DNA from: Deltaproteobacteria bacterium
GTDB taxonomy: Bacteria > Myxococcota_A > Polyangia > Fen-1088
Direction: 5' to 3'
Assembly (NCBI GenBank): GCA_033763315.1
Contig: JANRKS010000028.1
Coordinates: 128,001 to 192,000 of the forward strand
Length of the DNA: 64,000 nt
The translations under genes were made by a program, and so were the position numbers. Of the stretch, positions 20,571 to 29,474 are shown piece by piece. The notes beneath the pieces are model-generated. The model was not told the DNA's origin. It saw only the letters and a list, made by a program, of their open reading frames with translations, and searched no databases. Positions within the stretch are counted from its first letter, which is position 1; each line of letters begins with the position of its first letter.

Positions 20571-21536
20571 CTACAGTGGGCACGCGATCGTTTTTTTCCC
20601 CTGCAACAGCGGCGTAAGCGCCTGCATCCAGGCGGCAGCGATGCGCTTTTCGCCCGCTTCATTGGGGTGTATGCCATCCGGCAGGAAGTCGGCTTTGGTG
20701 AAGCCCGCGAATTGATCCACCACCTGCACGAGCGAGGTCGACGTTGTTTTGCGCTCTGCCACCCCCGGCACACGCGCATTGATCTCGGCGATCGCCGACT
20801 GAAAAGGCCCAGGATATCTATCCTCAGACAGAGGAATCACTTTGGCCAGCAGCACCACTACATTGGGGTTCTTCGTGCGCAAGTAATCAATCAACGCCTC
20901 GATGCCCATGATCGCCCGTTGCGCGATGGCTTGGTCTGTTTCCGTGCTAACCGTCCACACTTCGTTGGTGCCAGCGTGCAAAAGCACGATGCCTGGGGTC
21001 TGCTTGTCCCATGTGGTTACCGCCTTGAGCAAGGCGAGGATCTCGCTGGGCTTCTTCCCCCATCGCCCTTCGTGATCTGCATCGAACGTGGGGTCGGGGT
21101 AGGCCACGGTAGGTTCATTGGCTTCGCGTTTGTGTCGCGTCGTTTGCGAACCCACGAAGCCTGTTCTGAAGCCTCCGTCGCGCAGCATCTGCCACAGCCA
21201 ATAGCGGTAGCTCATGTGTTCGAGGTCGGCCTGTGTGATGGAATCCCCCAGCGGCATGATGCAGGTGGCGTACGGAAGTGCCTGCGCGTCAGGCGCCGCG
21301 TCTGCTGATGCAGCCGGACCAGCGTCTGGCGAGCCTGAGCCACCGGCATGGCCTGCAACGGCGCCCCCGGCCTGTGCACCAGCGCTGCCAGCCTCGTTTT
21401 CACCACCCGCGCCGCCCGCCCCAGCCTCGCCCCCGGCCGCATCGTCATGGCTCGAAGAACGACTGCTACACGCAGCCATCGCGCACAACAAGGGGATCCA
21501 AAACTTGCGTTGCCACTTCGTCATGTTGGGTCGCAT
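20571..21536 (-). CDS. SGNH/GDSL hydrolase lipoprotein (CE3-like)
   Basis: Lipobox MAAC, Gly/Ala linker, LGDSIT, HEGRWG, GTN, DGIHP. Confidence 0.9.
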   Translation of the reverse strand: MRPNMTKWQRKFWIPLLCAMAACSSRSSSHDDAAGGEAGAGGAGGENEAGSAGAQAGGAVAGHAGGSGSPDAGPAASADAAPDAQALPYATCIMPLGDSITQADLEHMSYRYWLWQMLRDGGFRTGFVGSQTTRHKREANEPTVAYPDPTFDADHEGRWGKKPSEILALLKAVTTWDKQTPGIVLLHAGTNEVWTVSTETDQAIAQRAIMGIEALIDYLRTKNPNVVVLLAKVIPLSEDRYPGPFQSAIAEINARVPGVAERKTTSTSLVQVVDQFAGFTKADFLPDGIHPNEAGEKRIAAAWMQALTPLLQGKKTIACPL

Positions 21537-21632
21537 GGGTGTTTTGCCGTCGATGAGAACGCCGGGCGCAGCCTAGCGCAAACTCACGCACGCAGGGAAG
21601 GCGCCGCCTTGCAAACGATGCTAACCTTTAAA

Positions 21633-22334
21633 ATGACTGACGTCGCTGCGATTCCTGGCTTCTTCCAGCCGGTGAGTTCGCTGTCCCACCTGCTGGCAGC
21701 GGTGGTTGCGCTTGTCGGCGCACGGTCATTGGTCAAGCGTGGACGAGGCAACACAGTCACCATGGCGCTCCTCGGTGTGTACGTGTTTTGTGTCGTGGTC
21801 ACGCTGGGTATTAGTGGCGCCTATCACTCTCTTGCAGAGCGAACGTTGGCGCGCGCGCTCATGCAACGCTTGGACTACTACGCCATCTGGCTTTTGATCG
21901 CGGGCACCTTCACAGCCGTTCACGGCATCATGTTCAAGGGCCCGTTCTGGCGCACCGGCATGTTGATCTTCATTTGGGCCTACGCCTGCACAGGGATCTT
22001 CTTACAAATCATCCGATTCGACATCTTCAGCGGAGTGCCAGGCCTATTGCTTTATCTTGGCCTGGGCTGGACGGGAACATTGTCCATCGTAAAAATGGGC
22101 CGGCAAGTGGGCTTCCAGCGTGTGTGGCCGTTTTGGTGCGCTGGTCTTGCTTACACCGCGGGCGCCGTGCTCGAAGCGGTGGGCCATCCGGTGGTGATCG
22201 CACGCTGGGTGGGGCCCCATGAAGTCTTTCACTTCGCGGTGATCATCGGTGTGACGTTGCACTGGTTGTTCATCCACCGGTACGTCAATGGGCACGCGTC
22301 GCTGACACCACTGTTGGCCAAAACGCCCGCTTGA
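21633..22334 (+). CDS. Hemolysin III/PAQR family membrane protein
   Basis: SSLSH, SGAYH, RLDYYAIWLLIAGTFT, YTAGA, HEVFH; extended -10 TGcTAACCT 5 nt before ATG 21633. Confidence 0.9.
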   Translation: MTDVAAIPGFFQPVSSLSHLLAAVVALVGARSLVKRGRGNTVTMALLGVYVFCVVVTLGISGAYHSLAERTLARALMQRLDYYAIWLLIAGTFTAVHGIMFKGPFWRTGMLIFIWAYACTGIFLQIIRFDIFSGVPGLLLYLGLGWTGTLSIVKMGRQVGFQRVWPFWCAGLAYTAGAVLEAVGHPVVIARWVGPHEVFHFAVIIGVTLHWLFIHRYVNGHASLTPLLAKTPA

Positions 22335-22457
22335 GGGTGGACCCACGCCTGGTAACGCTGGGCGTGACAAGTAACAGGCCGCAGTGCCAAACATGCGATT
22401 CGCCTGCGCCGCCTTATGGATCGCCGCTTGCAGCTCATTGTGGCGGGGGTGCTGATC

Positions 22458-23045
22458 ATGCGTGTATGGCGACAACATTGGAGCCTGTGGATCTTGGGCG
22501 CGTGCGTCTGCACGGCGGGAGCGATGGCCAACAACAGCGGAGCGAATGCGCAAGGCACGCAGCGGCCACCCCGCAAGGAATACCCTAGCAACATCAACAC
22601 GGAAAAGATCAAGCCTCCCGCGGTGTACAATGACGGGCGCGGCATCGCGCCGGCCTCAGCGGTTGTTGACGACACCGAAAAAGCGGCCCCTGCCGTTGAG
22701 GACAAGCCTGCCACAAAATCGGTGGGAACCAATCCGTTTCAAAAACAGATGGATGAACTTTGGCGCTGCCGCTATCAAGTGGCGATGAAGCAACGGATGG
22801 CGCCCGCGAAAATACGCGCAGGGCGTGTGCTCGTTCGCTTCAACGTCAACACAAAGGGCGAACCCATCAACACCGCCGTCGTCGCCGTTGAACCGGCGGA
22901 CGCATCTATCCTCACGTGCGTGAAGCAAGAGGTTGGACGCTGGCGGCTCTTGCCCCTGCCACGCGAACCGATGGCGATTGAAAGCGAGATTTCACTCGCC
23001 TTGCCTAAATCCGGCGCTGAAACAACTACGGCTTCGGGGACTTAA
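22458..23045 (+). CDS. Exported AgmX/PglI C-terminal (TonB_C-like) domain protein
   Basis: Signal peptide; G.VLVRFNV...G....AVV......ILTCV...V.RW pattern. Confidence 0.65.
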   Translation: MRVWRQHWSLWILGACVCTAGAMANNSGANAQGTQRPPRKEYPSNINTEKIKPPAVYNDGRGIAPASAVVDDTEKAAPAVEDKPATKSVGTNPFQKQMDELWRCRYQVAMKQRMAPAKIRAGRVLVRFNVNTKGEPINTAVVAVEPADASILTCVKQEVGRWRLLPLPREPMAIESEISLALPKSGAETTTASGT

Positions 23046-23514
23046 ACTCTGCAAGGATTAACGCCTCAACTCTATCGAGAAACGCACTTTGTGCGGCGTT
23101 GATCTTTTGCCGAGCTTCTTCGAGCAAAAACATTTTTGCCTGATCGACCTCAGGGAAGATTTGCATGCGTCCCGAACGAGGCGGCCATTCAAGGGGGAAG
23201 GTTTGTGCACACAACACGAAGTCTGCGGGAAGTTCGCCTTCGAACGCCCAAGCATGCACTTCCTTTCCCGCCTTCTGCGTCACTGATCCCAAGCTGTAGC
23301 ATTGCTCCGCAGGCGCGATACCAACCTCCTCTACAAACTCACGTCGCGCCGCTGCCTCTAAGGTTTCACCGCGTTCAGGCAGTCCCTTGGGTATCGTCCA
23401 AAACCCGAGATCTTTGTTACGAAAGAAGGGTCCACCTGGATGAACAAGAAGGACTGCAAGACCCTCGGCCCGGCGGCTGAACATCATCAGCCCTGCGCTT
23501 AACTTGCCGTTCAC
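23026..23514 (-). CDS. NUDIX hydrolase
   Basis: LVHPGGPF, Nudix box PKG...GE...AAARREF.EE.G, EWPPRSG...FPEVD. Confidence 0.92.
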   Translation of the reverse strand: MNGKLSAGLMMFSRRAEGLAVLLVHPGGPFFRNKDLGFWTIPKGLPERGETLEAAARREFVEEVGIAPAEQCYSLGSVTQKAGKEVHAWAFEGELPADFVLCAQTFPLEWPPRSGRMQIFPEVDQAKMFLLEEARQKINAAQSAFLDRVEALILAEFKSPKP

Positions 23515-23539
23515 AAGGCAAGCGTAGCAAAGTGTGACG

Positions 23540-24361
23540 TCATCTGTGAGTGTTCATTTCTATCGGCGCGGAAGCTTCGTCCTCGCGCACCTGTTGCGGT
23601 GCCGCTTCTCCGGGCGCTTGTCGCACAGAACGTTCATCAAGTGGTTGTTCAAGTCTAACTTTTGTAAGCGCGAGCTCATCTGTTAAGTCGAGCTTCAACG
23701 GCGTGAGTGAGATCCAATCGCGCTCAACCGCCCAGCGATCTGTGCCTTCTTCGGCCTTTTCAAGCGCACGAACTGTGAACCAAAAAAGATCGCGGCCCAG
23801 AGGATCTTTGGTTGGAACGATGCGGCCGTCATATTGACGAACCGATACGCGCGTCCACACCAAACCACGTGGCTCACGCGGAAAGTTGATGTTGATCAAG
23901 TTTAGATTGGGCTGCGCAATTACAATTTCAATCGCGCGTCGAATCCAAAGCTTGTACGCGCTGAAGTCCGGCGCCACCGTGGCTGGAGCGCTAAGCGCCA
24001 CACCACGGATGCCAAGCAATGCCGCTTGCTTCGCGGCCGCCAAAGTTCCTGAATGCCAGATCGAAGTGCCAAGATTGAGGCCAATGTTCAACCCCGAGAG
24101 CACTAGATCCACTTCACCCCAAAGGTGTGCACCGAGCGCCACACAGTCAGCCGGTGTTCCATCGACGCGGTAACCCGCAACACCTCCGATGTTGGTTTCA
24201 CGATAAGAAAGCGGGCGCGTGTGTGTCACGGAGTGCCCCGCCGAAGATCGCTCTCCATCGGGCGCCACCACGCGAACAGATCCAAACTCTGCGGCTACGT
24301 CCGCCAGCAACGCGATCCCCGGGCTGTATATGCCATCGTCATTCGATACCAAGATTCGCAC
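23540..24361 (-). CDS. surE: 5'/3'-nucleotidase SurE
   Basis: ILVSNDDG, GTPADCV, SGLN.G.N.G, SGTLAAA; GTG start 24361. Confidence 0.92.
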   Translation of the reverse strand: MRILVSNDDGIYSPGIALLADVAAEFGSVRVVAPDGERSSAGHSVTHTRPLSYRETNIGGVAGYRVDGTPADCVALGAHLWGEVDLVLSGLNIGLNLGTSIWHSGTLAAAKQAALLGIRGVALSAPATVAPDFSAYKLWIRRAIEIVIAQPNLNLININFPREPRGLVWTRVSVRQYDGRIVPTKDPLGRDLFWFTVRALEKAEEGTDRWAVERDWISLTPLKLDLTDELALTKVRLEQPLDERSVRQAPGEAAPQQVREDEASAPIEMNTHR

Positions 24362-24373
24362 CTGCTTGGCTGC

Positions 24374-24389
24374 AGCAAGACAAGTGCCA
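24374..24389 (-). promoter_or_regulatory. Sigma54 promoter of surE
   Basis: Minus strand TGGCACTTGTCTTGCT, near-consensus -24/-12. Confidence 0.75.
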
Positions 24390-24398
24390 CGCTGTCGG

Positions 24399-24414
24399 CG
24401 GCCCGCTTCTTGCG
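24399..24414 (+). promoter_or_regulatory. Sigma54-like promoter of the lipid kinase gene
   Basis: CGGCCCGCTTCTTGCG, GG-N10-GC with TTGC. Confidence 0.5.
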
Positions 24415-24442
24415 CATGAATGAGGACAAACGAGAGGCACTC

Positions 24443-25315
24443 ATGAATGTAGGACTTGTTTATCATCCCGCTGCCGGTGGCGGCGTTTCGCCCGAGGAAC
24501 TTACGCTTACGCTGTCACGTCAGGGTTACAACGTTGTCGTGACTATGGATCACGTCGAAGACGCAAGCCGTCTGCACCAGCACAACGTCCAGCTGATGGT
24601 CGTGGCCGGAGGAGATGGCACAATCTCGCGCGCAGCGCTTGCGCTGCAGAACACAGATCTGCCCTTAGGGATCTTGCCCATGGGCACTGCCAACAACATC
24701 GCAACGACTCTGGGCATAAGTAGCGATCCTGAAGAACTGATGCAACGATGGAGAGCGGCAGAGCTGCTGAAGCTGGATGTTGGTCTATTCAAACAAGGGT
24801 CTTCGAGCCGCTTCTTTGTTGAGGGTACAGGTGGCGGCCTGTTGCCCGCAGGCATCGCCGCCATGGACGCGGAGCCCCGAGATGAAACGCACGATCCCGC
24901 AGACAGCATCCGCCGGGCCATTCGCACCTACCGCCGCGTGTTCGCTTCCTTGGGCGCGCGGCCCATCCATCTCACTTTGGACGGCGAAGACTCGGAAGAG
25001 TCATTGCTCCTGCTTGAGATCCTCAACATAAAATCCGTGGGCTCGCAAGTCGTGTTGTCGTTGCACACAGAGCCCGATGATGGCTTCTTAAGCGTCGTGA
25101 CTGCCGGCGAGGCGCAACGGCACGAGATAGACACCTACCTTGAACGGCGGCTCAATGGCATCGTCGGGCATTTGCCGCTGCCAGTTCGGCGGGCACGGCA
25201 CGTCAAGGTGCGTGGGTGGGACGCCATGCACGTCGATGACGAGGTCCGCGGCACCAACGCCGATGAGGAGATCGAGATCCAGGTGGTCGAGGGCGCTGTC
25301 AACGTCCTGGTTTAG
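24443..25315 (+). CDS. Diacylglycerol/lipid kinase family protein (YegS/DAGK-like)
   Basis: YHPAAG, AGGDGT, LPMGTANNIA; GAGG SD before ATG 24443. Confidence 0.9.
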   Translation: MNVGLVYHPAAGGGVSPEELTLTLSRQGYNVVVTMDHVEDASRLHQHNVQLMVVAGGDGTISRAALALQNTDLPLGILPMGTANNIATTLGISSDPEELMQRWRAAELLKLDVGLFKQGSSSRFFVEGTGGGLLPAGIAAMDAEPRDETHDPADSIRRAIRTYRRVFASLGARPIHLTLDGEDSEESLLLLEILNIKSVGSQVVLSLHTEPDDGFLSVVTAGEAQRHEIDTYLERRLNGIVGHLPLPVRRARHVKVRGWDAMHVDDEVRGTNADEEIEIQVVEGAVNVLV

Positions 25316-26856
25316 GCGTGACGCTCGTGAGGTCTCAGCGCTGCAAGCAATTTGTCGAGGCTCGCAGGCTTTGTCACGTGCGCATCGAATCCGGCGGCGG
25401 CGGTGCGGCGGATGTCATCGGGTTGGCCGTATCCGGTGAGCGCCACCAAATGAATTGAATCCCCCAAAGCCAGCCGCACGCGCTCTGCCACTTGATAACC
25501 GTTTAAGTGAGGCAACCCAATGTCAACCATGGCCACGTCCGGCCGCAGCCGCGTTGCCAACCGCAAGCCCTGTTCACCATCTGCAGCCACATCCACGCGG
25601 TGGCCGAAAGCCTCCAGCAAATCCTTAAGGCCTTCACGGTTGTCCTCGTTGTCTTCCACGACAAGCACGTGCAAGGACGCATCCTGGATGGCCGCCATTT
25701 CAACCGTCGCGGATTGCGCTGCGCGGGACAAGAGCAGCGGAAGGCGCACGGTGAACTCGGAACCTTTACCCTCTCCGTCGCTGCTCACCGCGATGGTTCC
25801 CCCGTGCAGCTCGACTAGCCGCCGCACCACCGTCAAGCCGATGCCGAGCCCACCTTGCGAGCGATCGAGCGACCGCTCTGACTGAACGAAAATGTCGAAC
25901 ACGCGCGAGATCACTTTGGGTGAGAGGCCAAGCCCCGTGTCGGCAACTTTAATCACCACCGCATCGCCTTCCACCGACGCCGTCACGCGCACATGCCCAC
26001 CCGCAGGGGTGTACTTGATCGCATTGGTCAGCAAATTGGTGAACACCTGCTCAAGCCGCGTGGCGTCGCCGTTGACCGTTAGTCGTTGCGAGCCGAGGTC
26101 AACGCGGAGACCAAGCCGCTGTTTGGCAAACAAAGGTTCAAGCGGGCCAAGGGCACTCGTCAATATCTCGCGCACGTCGATGTCTTTTCGCGACAAGGAG
26201 ATCTTTCCCGTGGTCACGCGCGACACATCCAGCAATTCGTCGACCAAACGAACCAGGTGATCGCATTGCCGTCGCATCACTTGCAAAGGGCGGGGCAAGG
26301 GTTCCGCTTGGCTCACGCGCATCAGGTCCACAGCTTGCGAGATGGCCGCCAAAGGGTTGCGAAGTTCGTGACCCAACATGGCCAAGAACTGATCGCGTTG
26401 CAAGATTTCATTTTCACGGTGGTAAAGCAGCTCGCGGACTTCGCACTGCCGCCGTCTGGCGCGCAAGGCTGCCTTCGTGGCCGACACCATGGTAAAGCGC
26501 GACACGGGGCGCTCAAGTACGGTGACGTTTCCCAACATACGTGAGATGCGCATCGCGCGCGCTTCGTCGCTCTCGCCGCGCCCCAGAAACACCAAGATGG
26601 GAACGTCAGACCATGGTGGCTGCGACTCGACCGCGGTTTCCATCAAACGCAGATTGCCCGGCGTAAGCGACTCCTGCGTGACAATGATTGCGCCTACGCC
26701 GTTGCGCAGCTCATCCAGCAACTGCGCAACCGACGCAAAGAGCGTGGCCTTGATGTTGGCGCCTTCTAGCGTTGAAGACACGATGCTGCCATCACGCCCA
26801 AACGGCGCGTGGACCAGCACCCGCTGATCGTTGGCGGTGATCTCAAGCGTCTTCAT
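25312..26856 (-). CDS. Hybrid histidine kinase (pseudo-receiver, HisKA, HATPase, receiver)
   Basis: GHELRNPL, NLLTNAIKY, DTGLG, GGLGIGL; C-terminal receiver VVEDN..DIGLP..ALTG..KP; no TM. Confidence 0.93.
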   Translation of the reverse strand: MKTLEITANDQRVLVHAPFGRDGSIVSSTLEGANIKATLFASVAQLLDELRNGVGAIIVTQESLTPGNLRLMETAVESQPPWSDVPILVFLGRGESDEARAMRISRMLGNVTVLERPVSRFTMVSATKAALRARRRQCEVRELLYHRENEILQRDQFLAMLGHELRNPLAAISQAVDLMRVSQAEPLPRPLQVMRRQCDHLVRLVDELLDVSRVTTGKISLSRKDIDVREILTSALGPLEPLFAKQRLGLRVDLGSQRLTVNGDATRLEQVFTNLLTNAIKYTPAGGHVRVTASVEGDAVVIKVADTGLGLSPKVISRVFDIFVQSERSLDRSQGGLGIGLTVVRRLVELHGGTIAVSSDGEGKGSEFTVRLPLLLSRAAQSATVEMAAIQDASLHVLVVEDNEDNREGLKDLLEAFGHRVDVAADGEQGLRLATRLRPDVAMVDIGLPHLNGYQVAERVRLALGDSIHLVALTGYGQPDDIRRTAAAGFDAHVTKPASLDKLLAALRPHERHA

Positions 26857-28333
26857 CGGTTAGCAGCGGCGCTGTTTCGCCTACGTAGGTGGGAATGCCC
26901 GTTAAGATTCCTTTGAAAGCTTCAAGCGGCGCACCTATGTGTAGACCGTTCTTTCCGAACCGCATCTCACGGATCGTCTTCTCGTGGATCCCGCCGCGCT
27001 TCTTCAACATCGATATGGCATGGCGGATGTGACCAGCGGCCTCGAAATGCCGGAGCATCACAACACAGTCGGCCAGGTAGCTGACGTCCACAGGGGACTG
27101 CATGCCAGGCCCCAGCATCCCGTGTTGCGCCATCACAAGGATGCTGATGACTCCGTGTTGCCCAAGGAAGGTCAGCATCTCGTGCAGCTGCAACGTGAGG
27201 AAGCTCTCCTCGGGCATCGCCTGGATGTAACCGTTCAGGCTATCGATCACCACCACCCGGACCTGCCGTTCGTCCACGGCGCGCCGGACAAGTGAAGCAA
27301 ACTCGCCAGGCGACATCTCCGCCGGATCAATCTGCTGCAGTGTGATCCGTCCGTTATCGATGTTTTCCTGTAGTGGAATGCCAAGGTCGTGTGCGCGTCC
27401 ACACACGGTGTCGCGGTTCTCGTCGAACGCAAAGATGGCGGCGTTCTCGCCTCGGACAGCGCTGGCCACCGCACACTGAAGGGCCAGCGTAGATTTGCCG
27501 GTGCCCGTGGGCCCCATAAACACGGTGCTGCTTCCTCGCGTTAAGCCGCCGCCAAAAAGCGCGTCCAGGGAGGGCAAGCCAGTGGATTGCTGTTCGCGTG
27601 TGTACGATGCCCGGTGCTCGAAGGCGACGAGGCGCGGAAACGCAACGATGCCCCCACGGCGTATTTCGAAATCATGGTAGCCACCGCGAAAATGAACGCC
27701 CCGCAACTTTACAACGCGCAGTCGGCGCCGTGAGGCCCCATACAAGGGCGAAAGATGTTCCAGCAACAACACACCGTGCGCCAAACTTTGCAACTGCAGA
27801 TCGCCTGCCTCCGATGTGCGGTCATCCAAAAGCAGAACCGTGCATTGACGACCAATGAAGAATTGCTTTAGTGAAAGCACCTGCCGCCGGTAGCGAAGCG
27901 CGCTTTGCGACAACAACCGTAGTTCGGACAGAGAATCAAATACAACGCGCGTGGGCCGCACTCGCTCCACTTCCGCCAACAACAAACGGGCCGTTTCGTT
28001 CAGCTCAACATCGGCCGGGTGAAACAAAGAGTTCTCTTCGTCCGAAGTCAGCCGCTCAGGCGGCGTCAGCTCAAACAAAGCAATGTGATCGAGCGACCAG
28101 CCATGCGAATCTGCCACGCCAAGCAGTTCTTCTTTCGTTTCCGAAAGTGTGATGTAAAGGCCTCGCTCGCCGCATTTGACACCCTCAAGCAGGAACTGCA
28201 GCCCAAGCGTGGTTTTGCCTGCACCAGGATCTCCTTGCGCCAGAAACAAACGGTTGCGTGGCAAGCCGCCGTCGAGCACCTCGTCGAGACCTGAGATTCC
28301 GGTTGAAGCGATCCGTTCCGCAGCTGCAGCCAT
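26843..28333 (-). CDS. KaiC-like double RecA-domain ATPase
   Basis: Two Walker A motifs (GDPGAGKT, GPTGTGKS), DSL motifs, KLRG/KKRG, DVSYLAD, C-terminal ILTGIP; overlaps the kinase start (alternative start 28336). Confidence 0.9.
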   Translation of the reverse strand: MAAAAERIASTGISGLDEVLDGGLPRNRLFLAQGDPGAGKTTLGLQFLLEGVKCGERGLYITLSETKEELLGVADSHGWSLDHIALFELTPPERLTSDEENSLFHPADVELNETARLLLAEVERVRPTRVVFDSLSELRLLSQSALRYRRQVLSLKQFFIGRQCTVLLLDDRTSEAGDLQLQSLAHGVLLLEHLSPLYGASRRRLRVVKLRGVHFRGGYHDFEIRRGGIVAFPRLVAFEHRASYTREQQSTGLPSLDALFGGGLTRGSSTVFMGPTGTGKSTLALQCAVASAVRGENAAIFAFDENRDTVCGRAHDLGIPLQENIDNGRITLQQIDPAEMSPGEFASLVRRAVDERQVRVVVIDSLNGYIQAMPEESFLTLQLHEMLTFLGQHGVISILVMAQHGMLGPGMQSPVDVSYLADCVVMLRHFEAAGHIRHAISMLKKRGGIHEKTIREMRFGKNGLHIGAPLEAFKGILTGIPTYVGETAPLLTDEDA

Positions 28334-28589
28334 CATCGCCAGTTTAGCCGCCTAAAGTTGTGTGGCTAGCCACAAACGCAACCCGCCGGCGCAGAGCAAA
28401 TCAGGTCTTTTTCGGCGTTTTTGCGCCTTTTGTCTTTGTTAAGTAACACCGCGGAGCGAACAGCGTTACTTGCGTAGGGCCGGGGTAACAAGCCAAATAT
28501 TTTAGGCCACAAACCGATTTCAATTCCGCCAAATCCACACAACGCTTGGCACACATAGACATGACAGCCCAACCTTGCGATTGTAGGGC

Positions 28590-29354
28590 ATGCGTATCTG
28601 CACTTGGAATGTGAACGGCATCCGCGCCCGGCACGTAGAAGTGCAGCGGTTGGCCGACGAGCACCAGCCAGATTTGCTGTGCCTACAAGAGATCAAAGCC
28701 ACGTCGGATCAAGTCCCCGAGCCGCTCACTTTGTTGCGCAACTATGCAAGTCTGTGGCATGGGGCACCGCGAGGCTACTCAGGCGTGAGCCTGCATGTGC
28801 GGCGCAAAGGCGCGGCGGATTCCGGGCCCAACCACAAGATGTTCTCGCACCCTTCCTTCGACTTCGAAGCGCGCATCGTCGAGGCGGACATTGAGACGGC
28901 CTTCGGCCTCATGACCATTGCGTCAGTCTACGTGCCCAACGGTGGCAAGGACTTTGGCGCCAAGCTTCGCTTCTTGGAGGCATTGGTGGTTCACGCCGAC
29001 AACCGCCCCAAGGATCGCCCGTATGTCATCTGCGGTGATTTGAATGTGGCTCACACAGATGCAGACGTTCACGAACGCTTTCGCAAGTTCGGCGTCGTTG
29101 GCCAACTTCCCGAAGAACGAAATACATTCACAGCCTTGCTGGCCACCGGACTTCGCGATGTGGTTCGCAGCATGGCGCCGAGCGACGATCAGTTGTTCAC
29201 TTGGTGGCCGCCCTGGCGGCAAGAAAAGCAGAAGAACCGAGGCTGGCGCATCGACTACGTCTTGGCCAGTGAGACTCTCAAGCCCCAGCGGTTCGAGGTT
29301 CTCAGAGAGTTTGGCACCAGCGATCATGCGCCGCTGCTTGTCGATCTTGCGTAG
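28590..29354 (+). CDS. xth: Exodeoxyribonuclease III / AP endonuclease
   Basis: TWNVNG, LQEIK, YVPNG, GDLN, WRIDY, SDHAP. Confidence 0.93.
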   Translation: MRICTWNVNGIRARHVEVQRLADEHQPDLLCLQEIKATSDQVPEPLTLLRNYASLWHGAPRGYSGVSLHVRRKGAADSGPNHKMFSHPSFDFEARIVEADIETAFGLMTIASVYVPNGGKDFGAKLRFLEALVVHADNRPKDRPYVICGDLNVAHTDADVHERFRKFGVVGQLPEERNTFTALLATGLRDVVRSMAPSDDQLFTWWPPWRQEKQKNRGWRIDYVLASETLKPQRFEVLREFGTSDHAPLLVDLA

Positions 29355-29474
29355 GCTCCGCCCCCTCTAGGCATTTTGTCCTAAGGTAAAAGCGCGGAAT
29401 GGGCAGGTCCGTCTTACGCCGTTAGCCTTAGTCGCAAGGGGCCATGTGTTGTTGGCCCCAAGACGGGAGGCTTC

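Noticed and set aside
26843-28333. A circadian clock
   Set aside because: No kaiA/kaiB in the window, non-canonical phosphosite and catalytic motifs; treated as a KaiC-like signalling ATPase
28547-28562. TGGCAC as a sigma54 promoter for xth
   Set aside because: No GC at the -12 position (TGGCACACATAGACAT)
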